Assembly: GCF_036321535.1 (NCBI RefSeq)
Contig: NC_087472.1
Location: 94,738,001-94,802,000, forward strand
Length of the DNA stretch: 64,000 nt
Origin: Camelus dromedarius
Taxonomy: Eukaryota
Reading direction: 5' to 3'
Below the pieces are notes generated by a model. The model was not told the origin of the DNA, made no database searches, and worked only from the letters and a program-made list of their open reading frames with translations. Positions 25,275 to 37,625 of the stretch are shown piece after piece. Position 1 is the first letter of the stretch. Every line of letters begins with the position of its first letter. Position numbers and translations under genes: made by a program.

Positions 25275-25796
25275 ATGGTAGGCAACTTCTAAGAGGGCCT
25301 CTACTTCCTGGTATCCACTCCCTGTGTAATCCTTTCCCCTTGTGTGGGCTGTACCTAGCATCTTGCTTCTAATAATAAAATGTGGCATTAGTGATGGGAT
25401 GTCACTTCCAAGATTAGGCTATAAAAGACTTTGGCTTCTGTCTTGCACTCTCTCTTGCTCTTTCTTGCTCTGATGTAGCCAGCTGGCATGTTGTGAACTG
25501 CCTGATGGAGAGGCCCACGTGGCAAGGAACTGAAGGAGGTCATTGGCCAACAGCCAGAGAGGAAGTGATCCCTAAGAGCTTTGTGAGTGAGCTTGGAAAC
25601 AGATCCTTCCCTATTCAAGCCTTGAAATGATGACAGCCCTAGCTGACACTTCGCAGCCTGCGAGAACCCCTGAGCTGAGTCATCCGGCTAAGCTGTGCCT
25701 GGACTTTCGATCCACAGAAACTGTGAGATCATAAGTGTGGTTCTAAGACACTAAGTGTTGAGGTAATTTTTTATGCAGTAATTGATAATGAATTTA
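25275..25796 (+). mobile_element. MLT1F-like MaLR LTR
   Basis: gtgatgggatgtcacttccaagattagg...gagaggcccacgtggcaaggaactga...ccacagaaactgtgagat. Confidence 0.85.
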
Positions 25797-27174
25797 GAAA
25801 GAGAGACCTAAAACTTGTTGGAGGTGACATCTCTGAGTGGAATAAGGCTCCTAAGTACCATAGAGGGAAGAAATTGGTGAAATTAGGAGGCAACATAGAA
25901 AGCCTCCTAGAGAGGCTTCAGAGATTTCTGAGAGTTCCCATTCCACCGGTTCCTGGCATCTGCCATCAACTGTTGTCACCAGGTTCCTATGTATTATAAA
26001 ACACCAGTGTCAAAACCAATTTCCTCAAGGCTTGCTCTAAAAGCACTCTATGGAAACCAGTGACAGAAGCAGCGGCTGACATGGCAACCTGGCATGCAGC
26101 AGTCAGGAACTGCTTATCTCATTTTCAGCAAATTCCACCCGTTGCGTAAGAGACAGCAGGTAGTGTCCTAGCCTTCCAAAAATGCTATGGCTGTTAATGA
26201 AAACAAAATAATTCCTGTTTTCTGGCTGAAAAGACAGAAACTCCAAATTTATCCATGTAGAGATAAAGTCATCTAACACACATAATTACTTGAGACCTAG
26301 ATGTATGGTGTGTTGTTTATGTGTATGTAGATTCCTTGATTTGTATAAATATGGAGAAATAAGTGAATGCCATCTACCAGACTGCAAGTATTTATTCCAC
26401 AGTAAAGAGGGAGAGAGAGATTCTTCACTCTTCCCATTTATAATCTCCTTATATAATAAAAATTAATGTTTTTATTATACAAAAGAATAAAGATGTATTT
26501 AAACGTGAATAAAGATAAAATCACTGTGACTGTATTATTTTTGAAGCTTTTGCTCATACTTGATTTTGACAGGGACTGTAAATATCCTAACTCTTTAGAT
26601 ACTCGACATAGACATAGACATAGGTGGCAGGAAGGAAATGTAACAGACTTACTCAGGGTAGCTCTCCAAAGGAGAGTGGCCCCTTCTGCAGCATCATGGA
26701 ACAGCTTAATTTTATTCAAAATATCTAAAGTCATCTTCCCTTAAACCATGTTTTCAAAAAAATTTACTAGTGGAGTCAATGAACAGAATGAGAATGACGC
26801 TGAGGCAGCATATTCTCATTTTATTTAAATTTGTTCACTGATGTAAGAGGCTGATTCAACTTTTTTTTTCTACTTCCTTGTTTTTTATTAGGAGTGTGTC
26901 CCGTGGCATTCAATAAAAAGCCATGCAATTGAAGAATTAGAAGAAATTGTAATGGGTATTGAGCTCTAATAATAGCATAACACAGCCTGAAAGGAAATTC
27001 AGGCAATGGAGACCAGAGTGCTAATTAGGGTGTTTTATTTAATTTTAAGTAACTTCAATGGAATATAATAAAACCCAAGTAAGAGCTCTAAAATCCTCCA
27101 TGTTTTTCTTAAGTATTTTGATCTTAGAGTTGGGTTTTTTTTTTTTAATGTTTTCATTTTCTTTTGTTTTTCCT

Positions 27175-27782
27175 GAATCAATATCATTAAAATGGCCATA
27201 CTACACAAGGCAATCTACAGATTTAATGCAATCCCTATCAAATTACCCAGGATATTTTTTTTACAGAACTGGAACAAACAATCCTAAAATTTATATGGAA
27301 TCACAAAAGACCCAGAATTGCCAAAGCAATATTAAATAAAAAGAATGAAGCTGGAGGAATAACCCTCCCAGACTTCAGGCAATACTACAGAGCTACAGTA
27401 ATCAAAACAGTGTGGTATTGGCATAAAAACAGACATATGCATCAATGGAATAGAATAGAAAGCCCAGAAATAAATCCACAGATGTATGGTCTTTGACAAA
27501 GGAGGCAAGAACATACAATGGAGAAAAGACAGTCTCTTCAGCAAGTGGTGTTGGGAAAACTGGACAGCAGCATGTAAATCAATGAAGTTAGAACACTCCC
27601 TCACTCCATACAAAAAAATAAACTCAAAATGGCTTGAAGACTTAAATGTAAGACAAGACACGATAAATCTCTTAGAAGAAAACATAGGTAAAACATTCTC
27701 TGACATAAATCTTAGCAATGCTCTCCTAAGGCAGTCTACCCAGGCAATGGAAATAAGAGCAAAAATAAACAAATGAGACCTA
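27175..27782 (+). mobile_element. Internal L1 ORF2 fragment with no 3'UTR or poly-A
   Basis: Encodes ORF2 (INIIKMAIL..., [24 protein letters not shown] in ORF 27486-27776); flanked by the direct repeat ttttgtttttcct (27162-27174 / 27783-27795). Confidence 0.92.
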
Positions 27783-27849
27783 TTTTGTTTTTCCTACTAC
27801 TAAGCAATTTAAATTTTGTTTGTTTGTTTGTTTTTTGTTTATTTATTTT

Positions 27850-28132
27850 TACAGAAACAGACACAGAAAACAAACTTATGGTGACCAAAGGGGAAAGGTT
27901 AGGGGGAAGAGGATAAACTAGGAGTTTGGGATTAGCAGATACAAACTACTATATATAAAGTAGATAAACAACAAGGTCATAGTGTATAGCACAGGGAGCT
28001 ATATTCAATAGCTTGTAATAATCTCTAATGGAAAAGAATCTGAAAGAGAATATGTATATGTACAACTGAATCACTTTGCTGTACACCAGACACTAACACA
28101 ACTTTGTACATCAACTAAACTTCAACAAAAAA
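27850..28132 (+). mobile_element. Cetartiodactyl L1 3' end
   Basis: acagaaacagac...aaacttatggtgaccaaagggg...tcactttgctgtacaccag. Confidence 0.88.
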
Positions 28133-28444
28133 TACTTTAATTTGAATGGTTGCTTTTAAATAAACATTATCATTTAGTAATTATTTTCAAAAAACTGTAT
28201 GATTTATTTACTAAGAAAACATGTGTGTCTAAATTGTCTTAAGAATTTTCTTAATGATAATCTAGAGCAAAAGTCTATTTTTATATTCCTCTCATGATGT
28301 TTCTGAGAGCTTTCAGTCAACAATATGTTTAAAAGCTGTTTCAGTAAGCAAGTCATATGTTTAAAAGCTGTGACAAGATTTCTATGGTTTTAGAAATATT
28401 TGGATTTTTCACTTAGACTTTGGTCTCAATAACTGCATTTGAAT

Positions 28445-28981
28445 AGTTTAACTATTACCTATTGCTGCATCCCCCAAACTTAGTGATTTAAAACAACAAA
28501 CACTTACTATCTCACAGTGTCTGAAATTCAAGAATTTGGAAGTGAATTAGAGCTGTGGTTTTGGCTCAGAGTCCCTTATGAGGCTGCAATCAAGATGCTG
28601 GCTTAAATAAAAAACAAAGGTTGGCTAAAGCCACAGTCACTAAGCCTTTACTGGGGCTGGAGGATCTGCTTCCAAGCTCACTCACATGGCTGTTGTCAGG
28701 AGGCCTCAGTATCTCAAAATGTGGCATCTCCGTAGGATTGCTCATGATATGGCACCTACCTTCCTTCTAGAGGAACAAATTCCAGAAAGAGAGAAAGAGG
28801 CACAAGCAGGCAGCCGCAGTGCCTTTCATGACCTACAGATTTCAAGGCACACAATGGCACTTCCATTTTATTCTATTAGTTACACAGACCAACCCTGAAA
28901 CAATGTGGAAGGGAAATACACAAGGGGTAAATACCAGGAGGTGGGGGCCGTTGGGGACCATCTTAGAGGCCATTGACCACA
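28445..28981 (-). mobile_element. MLT1 (E/F/G-like) MaLR LTR
   Basis: ctattgctgcat...aaacttagtgatttaaaacaacaaacac...ggggctggaggatctgcttccaag...gaccaca. Confidence 0.8.
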
Positions 28982-29059
28982 GATAATGGATGAGTCAAGG
29001 CTTGATCAGACACACAGAACCACTTAGGAGTGACATGGAATAAGGGATCTATTCTTGCA

Positions 29060-29650
29060 GGTCCTATATATTATGCTATTGAGTCAGTTTGGTTGAACAG
29101 TCTGCACAAGGCTCCTGCTTCTGCATCTGGTGTTGTGCCTGAAGTTAGCAGGACCAGCAGTCAAGAAGGAAAGATGGACGTGAAGTGAGTGAGAACAAAG
29201 GCCAACTGAAATTCAAAAGGTCACATCAGGCAAAACGACACCTGAGAGAGCAAACTGGAGGAAATGAAGACAAACTAGAATTGGGCTCCTATCTTTTTTA
29301 TTAGCTCTGTCTTTAATAATCTGGGTGGCTGCAGGAGCAGCTGGGCCCCTTCTCCATAGAGCTGCTCCAAAACCTGGTCCAGGATTCAGAGAGGAGGGAG
29401 GTGGCAGTTTAAGGAGGTACATGCCTGGCTGCCCACCCATACCACCATGATAAGGCGGTACACCAGTAACAACCTATACAAGAGGCAAGAGGCTCTGTCT
29501 TTTATCCTCCCTTAGAGCATACCAATGTCTACACCTTCACTTGTGCCTTCTAAATAGCATGCACATTTTCATCAGCCCGGAAATACACAGCAAAGGAAAT
29601 TCACAGAAAATAGTTCCAAGTAACCTATATTAATACAAAGCCATTATAGA
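29060..29650 (-). mobile_element. Ancient LTR-like element (ERVL/LTR79-like, family uncertain)
   Basis: GC-richer block ending aaaggaaattcacagaaaatagttcc...acaaagccattata, resembling old LTR termini. Confidence 0.4.
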
Positions 29651-29679
29651 TAGGAAAAAAAAAATAAGGGACCAGAACA

Positions 29680-29840
29680 ATTATAAAATAGATAAACAAC
29701 AAGGTCCTACTGTATAGCATAGGGAATTATATATAATATCTTACAATAATCTATAATGAAAAGGAATATATAATTGAATCACTATGCTGTACATCAGAAA
29801 TTAACACATTGTAAATCAACTCTGCTTTAATTAAAAAAAA
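29680..29840 (+). mobile_element. Cetartiodactyl L1 3' end
   Basis: aaatagataaacaacaaggtcctactgtatagcatagggaatt...ttgtaaatcaac. Confidence 0.88.
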
Positions 29841-29929
29841 TTTTTTTCAGTGGACAAGAACAAGAACAAAGCTGTTTTTCTTGAGAATATTATTAGAAGA
29901 GCCTCTCAACAAATATTTACGAAAATATC

Positions 29930-31538
29930 TAGAATTGATAACACTGTACTGTATAATTGAAATCTGCTGAGAGTAGAACTTAAATGTTCTCACCGCAAAA
30001 ATAAAAATTAAAAAAGATACATATGTGAGGTGACAGGTGTGTTAATTAACTAGATGGGAGGAATCCTTTCACAGAAACAGAGATCAGTGGAACAGGATAG
30101 AGAGCCCAGAAATAAACCCACACACCCATAGTCAATTAATCTATGGCAAAGGAGGCAAGAATATACAATGGAGAAAAGGCAGTCTCTTCAACAAGTGGTG
30201 CTGGGAAAGCTGGACAGCTGCATGTAAATCAGTAAAGTTAGAATACTCCCACACATCATACACAAAAATAATTTCAAAATGGTTTAAAGACCTAAATATA
30301 AGACCTGAAATCATAAAACTCCTAGAACAGAACACAGGCAAAACACTCTTTGACATAGATCATAGCAATATTTTCTTAGATGAGTCTCCCAAGGCAAAAG
30401 AAATAAAAGCAAAAATAAACAAATGGAACCTAATTAAACTTAAAAGCTTTTGCACAGCAAAGGAAACCATAAACAAAATGAAAAGACAACCTGAGGAATG
30501 GGAAAAAAATATTTGCAAACAATGCAACTGATAAGGGCTTAATTTCCAGAATATACGAAAGTTCATACAACTCAATAACAACAACAAAAAACAACAATCC
30601 AGTCAAAAAATGGGCAGAAGGCCTAAATAGACATTTCTCCGAAGAAGACATACAGATGGCCAATAGGCACATGAAAAGATGCTCAACATCACTAATTATT
30701 AGAGAAATGCTAATCAAAATTATAATGCGGTATCACCTCACACCAGTCAGAATGGCCAAACAATAAACACTGGAGAGGGCGTGGAGAAAACAGAACCCTC
30801 CCACACTGTTAGTAGGATGTAACTTGGTGCAGCCATTATGGAAAACAGAATAGATTCCTCAAAAAACTAAAAACAGACTTACCGTATGAACCAGCAATCC
30901 CACTCCTGGGCAAATATCTGGAAAAGACAAAAACTCTAATTCAAAAAGCTACATGGACCCCAATGTTCATAGCAGCACTATTCATAATAGACAAGACATG
31001 GAAACAACCTGAGTGCCCATCAATAGACAACTGGATTAAGAAGATGTGGCATACACATACAATGGAATATTACTCAGCCATAAAAACATAAAAATATGTA
31101 ATAATGCCATTTGCAGCAACATGGATGGACCTAGAGATTATCATACTAAGTGAAGTAAGTCAGACAGAAAGACAAATATCATATGATGTCTTTTATATGT
31201 GTAATCTAAAACATAATACAAGTGAATCTATACACAAAACAGAAACAGACTCACAGACATAAGAAACAAACTTATGGTTACCAAAGAGGAAAAGGAAGGG
31301 GAGTGGGATAAATTAAGAGTATGAGATTAACAGATACAAACTATTATACATAAAATAGATAAGCAACAAGGAGTCACTATATAGCACAGGGAATTATATT
31401 CAGTATCTTGTTAAAACCTACAAATGGAAAATAATCTGAAATATATTTATACTTACATATAAAACTGACTCACTTTGCTGTGCACCTGAAACTAACATAA
31501 TATTGTAAATCAACGATATTTCAATATAAAAAAGAAAA
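29930..31538 (+). mobile_element. L1: older-type 3'UTR piece (29930-30072) abutting ORF2 C-terminus and 3'UTR of a younger L1 (30073-31538)
   Basis: ORF2 motifs (aagtggtgctgggaa = KWCWE; ttttgcacagcaaaggaaacc = FCTAKET; ccaatgttcatagcagcactattc = PMFIAALF) followed by the cetartiodactyl 3'UTR and A tail. Confidence 0.92.
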
Positions 31539-32732
31539 ATCCCAGTCTTTTCCAATTTCTCAAGTTTTGCTTTTTATATGACAGAATACTCAGTTTAGTC
31601 CAATCAATTTTTTATATGAGATAGCCAACTTTGGATTCTTTGGCTAGTATTTTATATGAGGAGTTTAGGCAAAGTTATTTCAATACTCACCTTTATTTTA
31701 TTCTTTACCACCCCATGGAGAAATGTATTAGACACTGAATATGGTCATGTTTAACTGTGGCTTTCTATAAAGGATATACTGTACCAATTCAAAATTGACC
31801 CCCAATTATTTATGCTTGTATTAATTTCTGCAGAAGTCAAAATGATTAAGGAGTAGTCTATTGTCAGACTTAGTAATAATTCACAGTGGAATAAAACAGT
31901 GGTGCATTCTGCCTCCCTCTCTTCTTTTTCGTGTTTATATTACTGACTGAAAACCATTCTGAATGTACTAGCTGTATTTCCTATCCCTTGAAGTGAACCA
32001 CAAAATTGATATTTTCCTATGGAATAATGGCATGTTTTTTTGGCTTTGCTTTCTATATAATTATCATCAGAAAGAATGACTTATATCCAACCATTCTAAA
32101 ACAAAAATCATTTTTGACACATTCGCAAACATTGTTTATATATAGCAATTTTCCAGGATAGGTCAAATCATTTTATTTAGGTATATAATTTACAAGCAGA
32201 TTATCTTGGGAGATTCATTGGATGTTACAATACTTAAAATTAGATAGATAATTGATGGGTATTTTCATATTTTGTAGTTATAAAAGTTGATTTGTTTGTA
32301 TGCATTAAATATTTTCCACACTAAAATTATTGTGATTATGTTTTATGCAATAAACTTTGGTATCCTAAATTGCAATTTATCTCTGTGTGAGAAAAAGACT
32401 CAGAGTGTTGTGTCAAGGAAAATTTTGATTCTACTGACAACAATTATTGCTGCAGAGGTGGAGCTGCCTTATATATAGGAAGCTGTCCAGGTTAGACTAC
32501 TCAATTTTTGTATAAGGGGTCACAAATGCATCTTACTCATTTACACAGTAGAGATTTTTTTAAATTCACTTGCAAAGGATATCTGCATTCTGTGTTTTTC
32601 CAAAAGAATATAACCTTAAGTATTTTGATTAGTCATATTCCATTAAACGTACAAACTGAAAAAGGGGGATTTATAAAAGAGTACCTGAAGGCTGTGCATA
32701 TTATTTATGTCATTAGATTTTAAAACCTATAA

Positions 32733-33013
32733 AGCTGTACTGTCCAATCCTGTAGCCACTAGCCACATGTGGCAATTGAGCACTTGAAATGTGGCCAGTC
32801 TGAATTAGGATGTGTCATTTGTGACATCTGACACCCACTGGGTTTCAAAGACTTAGTACAAAAAAAAAATGTAAAATATCACATCATTAACATTTTATAT
32901 TGGTTACATGGTAAAGTGATATTTCCAGATTAAAGGTGATGAATTATTAAAATAAATTTCATATATGTTACTCATATTTGTAGCTTTAATTATGCATCTA
33001 CTGTACAGCACTG
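32733..33013. mobile_element. MER33-like hAT-Charlie DNA transposon
   Basis: ctgtccaatcctgtagccactagccacatgtggcaattgagcacttgaaatgtggccagtc...tgtacagcactg. Confidence 0.85.
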
Positions 33014-33204
33014 CTTTAAATGTGATTCTTGGATAAAATGATAATACAATTAAGTACAGGGGCCACAAGAGTTTTGATCCTCCAAGGAATCATCATTGCA
33101 TTGTTTTGGTTTTATTCATACCACTAACCTTTTTTAAATATTGCATTTTTAGCATTGTTGTTGAGGATAAGTAACCATGTTACATAGAGATCCTTATGAG
33201 GACT

Positions 33205-33515
33205 GGACTAGTCAGAATAGGGCTGTGTTATACTGCAGTAAGAAAAAACTTCCAAAATCTCAGTGGCTTAAAGTAATAAGAGTGTATTTCTCCCTAAGTC
33301 TTCATGTTCATCCAAGGTTGAAGGAAGGGTTCTCTCTTCATCGTAGTCACTCAGTGACTAAGACAGATGGAACATCCATCATCTCAAATGTTGCTATCTC
33401 TGAGCCAAAGGAAAAGAGAATTCTATAGCATGTCACACCAACAATTAAATACTATATCCCAGAAGTAACCCTTGTCACCCACACTAAAAGCTCATTGCTA
33501 ACAACTAGCCCTGTA
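33205..33515 (-). mobile_element. Old MLT1 LTR fragment
   Basis: ctgcagtaagaaaaaacttccaaaatctcagtggcttaaag...tatttctc. Confidence 0.6.
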
Positions 33516-34679
33516 GGGCTTTTTATTGTTCTGCCTTTAGTTTCCTTTCTTCCATAGTTTCTCCTCGACTTAATTTAATCTCTTTGTTTTACATCCACCT
33601 CTGTAAACTTTTGAAATCATTTTTGGAATAAAATAATTGCATGTATGCTTATCTATACCTGAGAGAGAAAGACTTTAAAGTAATTATTAGTGAATAATTG
33701 CTATGCTATGGTTTGAAAAATTACACAAAATACTCGTATCATCATAAGTTTAATAAGTAAAGCTCTAAATCCTAGAGCTCAGTGTTTTAAATGTATACTG
33801 ATAGTGAATTCACCTATATATTCTAAGAAAAAAGTGCTTTCCTTCTCAATAGTGAGATTTTCATTATTCCCCTTTCTATTCTATCTCAAAGGAATGACTG
33901 AACTGTTCACTTTTCTGTTTAAAGAGAGAGATTTCATATTTTCTTTCATTCAATGTTTATATACGTTACTTGAGAATAAAAATTCAATTATTTTATGAGT
34001 GAATAGAAGTAAATTGAATGTGAAGGAATTAGAATAAAATGTACTTAAGTGTTTCATGCAAATACAATTAAACCTGACTTCAACGCTGGTTTTGAGGTCA
34101 AATCCCATACCTACCTGTGATAGGTTATATACCAACATGTGATGTATTATTTTGACCTGCTGTACAATTAAATCATGATGACATATTTAATTCAAACCTT
34201 AGTGTTAACCTCTCTAAATAGTTGTAATAACTTCTATCAAATAGGGTTAACTGGCTGTCGAAAATATCAACACATACCTCTAAATGACTAATTTTTGTTT
34301 ATAAAATTGCTTTCTTGAAATTAGTCAATGTATTAGACCCTCTCAAAGAAAACCTGTGGAGAGACCGTCATGTTTTCCAGAATTCAAAGGACAAAGGCCA
34401 TACCTGCAAATATTTAGCTCCTTAAATGTATGTTAATGAATATGCATGGGAGTTCCCAGATAGTAGCTCCCCTGTGATCAGAAAAAATCATGACCAATTA
34501 TCAAGTAATACTTTGATTTTTTTACTCTTACTTAATAGCTCATTTTCTATATCTAACATTGACCTCATTTTTAAGAAGTAAGTGGAAACATCACTAAGAA
34601 GTTACTTGTATGAAATTACAGCTCAGTCAACAGTTCGGGGCTGGAGAAATACATTTTCCATCACGAGTTGGTTCTTGTA

Positions 34680-35135
34680 GCAGTCAGTTTCTATTATATT
34701 ATGCCACAGTCACAAACCACCCCAACATTCCAGTGGCTTACCACAGCAAAATCATTTATTTCCTGCAGATGTTATCTGTGGAAAGAGACAGTTGTGCTTT
34801 TGCTGGGCTTTGCCCAACCTGCTCTACATATTTGCTTCAGTCTTAGAATTAGGCTGATGAACAGCTAATAATGGGAAATGCCAGATTCATAGCCAAGAGA
34901 AAATGAGGAAAAAACTTGGTGGAAACACACAATCACTCTTTAAGGGTTACTCTTAATTGACATTTATCACTTGTATTCACATTTCCTTTGTCAGTACAAG
35001 TCATATGGAATAAAAAAGTATACTCTGCCCACAGGGGTAACACTACATGTCACACACCAATGGTCAGCAATAAATAATCCTCTTAGTGGCAAAGGAGAAG
35101 TGAACATTTGGGAACAATTATTCAGTCCACAACAT
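34680..35135 (-). mobile_element. Old MLT1 (J/K-like) LTR
   Basis: agtcacaaaccaccccaacattccagtggcttaccacagcaaaatcatttatttc...ttcagtccacaaca. Confidence 0.65.
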
Positions 35136-36964
35136 GTAAGGACATAATAAAATTGGGGGATAGAGAAGGGCAGAGGACTAACCCTGGCACACTCCATCAT
35201 GAAGGTCAAGCTTGAAGAAAAGAGACAGCAGAAGAAGGAATAACAGATTAGGAAAACCAGGCACATCTTGTGATCAAAGCCACAGGGGTTTTTAAATCAG
35301 AGAGTGGGGTCAAACCCATTTAGTGTCCCCAAAGAGTCTAATAAGAGGGAGATACAGGTAATTCTCCACTGTATTTTTCAATATGAACAAGTCTGGTGAC
35401 CTTGAAAAGTGAATTTTAAGTTAACATTTTGAAAGTCAGAGTACAGTAAGTTCAGGAGTGAACGGGGATTTCTTGTTCTGACATAAGGTAGCCTGAATTA
35501 ACATAAACCTCCTCCCGTGCTACAAACTCCTAGAAATCCTGGGCAAAGTGTAACAATAGCAAAAAATATATTGCTGAACTTGTGAGAAAGAAAGGAAAAT
35601 CCCTAAGTGCCAGAAACAAAGAGGAAATGAAAAGATAGGTCCATAGCACTGAGCTGGTTGTTACAAAGGTGATAAGGGCAGAGAAAGAGCTTTATGGAAC
35701 TGATAAACTCATTTTAAGGCTAAGGCTAGAGTTATTAAAGCTTACCAAGATACAGGGAAAAAATGCCTTGCACCAGCATGAGGTTGGAAGGTAGGAAAGA
35801 TGCCCCTAAATCAGCATCGAATCTCTGGCTAGAAGCAAAACGCTCCCTGTAAAAATTCAGCACCATAGCTATGGCAAAAATGCTATGATTTGCTAGTTCT
35901 GGCTGATGGATGTGTAGATGTTATGTTATTATCTGAACTCTTCTCTAGGTTATCACATCCACTTGCATACTGAAATCACCCAGAATAGTGATATCAGTGG
36001 AGAAACAGAGAACCAGGAGCCAAATCTTCACTGCCTGGGGGCAAGGGGGTGGGCGGGGGGCAGCAGGGCAGGACTGGGAGCAGGGGGTGACTGCAGTGAA
36101 GTAGATGAAAGCAAGGAATGCAGGGAGATCTTAACAGTCAAGGCTGCCAAAGATCTGTGGTTACAAATTAAGAAAGAAACATGATTGCAAATGGCAATTT
36201 GAAGCAAGGGAGAAGAATTGCTTCATTTCTTACACATGAGATAACTCATTTGGGAGAGAAACAAATACACAAACTACAACCAGTTTTATTGTGATATCCT
36301 TATGGAAGAAGTAGTATTGGAAAGATAGCCAGATTTCAGTTGAAGCCAGAGTTGAAGGTTGAGGATATAATGGAATTTGGTCCTTAGAGATCTGGAGACC
36401 CAGAGACCCACAACAGGTTTGGGGCAGAAGTGGTATTGGGGGGACTGGGTCAGATTAGAAAAAGGGCTGATGTTGCAAGTGTGAGACTCTGGGTGATGAG
36501 AGTGAGAATCAGTTACCTATTGAGAGTCAAGGAAGATGACTAATCAGTTCAGGTTTAGCCTTTTGTTCTTAACCCAATGTGTTGGGGATCTTGGGGATGC
36601 TTTGTTACTTCCTGCAGCTTTCCAGGAGGACCATAAAACTACATGATGAACTCTGGATGCCAGATAAATTGTTGACCCACCGAAGGTTTGACATTACAGG
36701 CACAGATACATTAGCATAAAATTGAATTTCACAGGTGATAGGAATAATACCATAGAAATAAAGTTGAAAGCTGTTAATGAGGTTGATAAAAACAAGTTTG
36801 ATCTCATTAAATTACACTTTAGTATGGCAGCTATCATAAAGTCAAAGTTCAAATCATCCAAAGATGATTATTTATATTTATCTGAAATGATTATGTACTG
36901 AAGTACAAAAAGTAATATATAAAGTAAAATGATTCTTAAAACACATCTTTCAAAAGACATATTA

Positions 36965-37350
36965 AGTGTATAGCCATACAATGGAATATTATTCAGCCAT
37001 AAAAAGGAATGAAGTACTAATACATAAAACAATGTGGATGAACCTAGAAAACATGATTCTACATGAAAGAAGACACAAAAAGTCACATATTGTATAATTC
37101 CATTGATAGGAAATATCCCAAATAGATAAATCTACAGAGACAGAAAGCAAATTGGTAGTTGCCAGGGGCTGTAGGGAATGGGGAGCAACCCCTTAATGGG
37201 TATGGGGTTCCTTTTGGGATGATGAAAATATTTTGAAGTTAGATGGAGATGGTAGTTGTACAACACTGCAAGTGTACTAAAATGCCATTGAACTGTTCAC
37301 TTTAAAATGATCAGATTTATGTTATGGGAATTGCACTTCAATTTTAAAAA
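36965..37350 (+). mobile_element. L1MB-type 3' end
   Basis: catacaatggaatattattcagccataaaaaggaatgaagtact...ttggtagttgccaggggct...gaactgttcactttaaaatg. Confidence 0.85.
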
Positions 37351-37491
37351 TAGTAAGAATCACTTTAAATGGTTTAAAATGTAATAATGCTTAGTGTTGG
37401 AAGCTGTGAGAAGATAAGCACTCTTATATACTATGAGGATATGAATTAGTGTGAACCTTTAAAAGCAATATATCAATATATTTCAAAAAGA

Positions 37492-37625
37492 GAGAGTAGG
37501 GTATAGCTCAGTGGTGGAGTGTGTGCTTAGCATGCACGAGGTCCTGGGTTCAATTCCCAGTACCTCCATTAAATCAATCAATCAATCAAATTATGCCCCC
37601 CATGAAAAAAAAAAAGCTAAATAAA
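37492..37625 (+). mobile_element. tRNA-Ala-derived SINE (Vic-1-like)
   Basis: gggtatagctcagtggtggagtgtgtgcttagcatgcacgaggtcctgggttcaattcccagtacctcca, then (aatc)n and poly-A. Confidence 0.92.

Noticed and set aside
27332..27776. Longest ORFs (146 aa minus, 96 aa plus) as genes
   Set aside because: Sense and antisense readings of L1 ORF2. The same applies to 30141-30717, 40632-43695 and 62460-63457.
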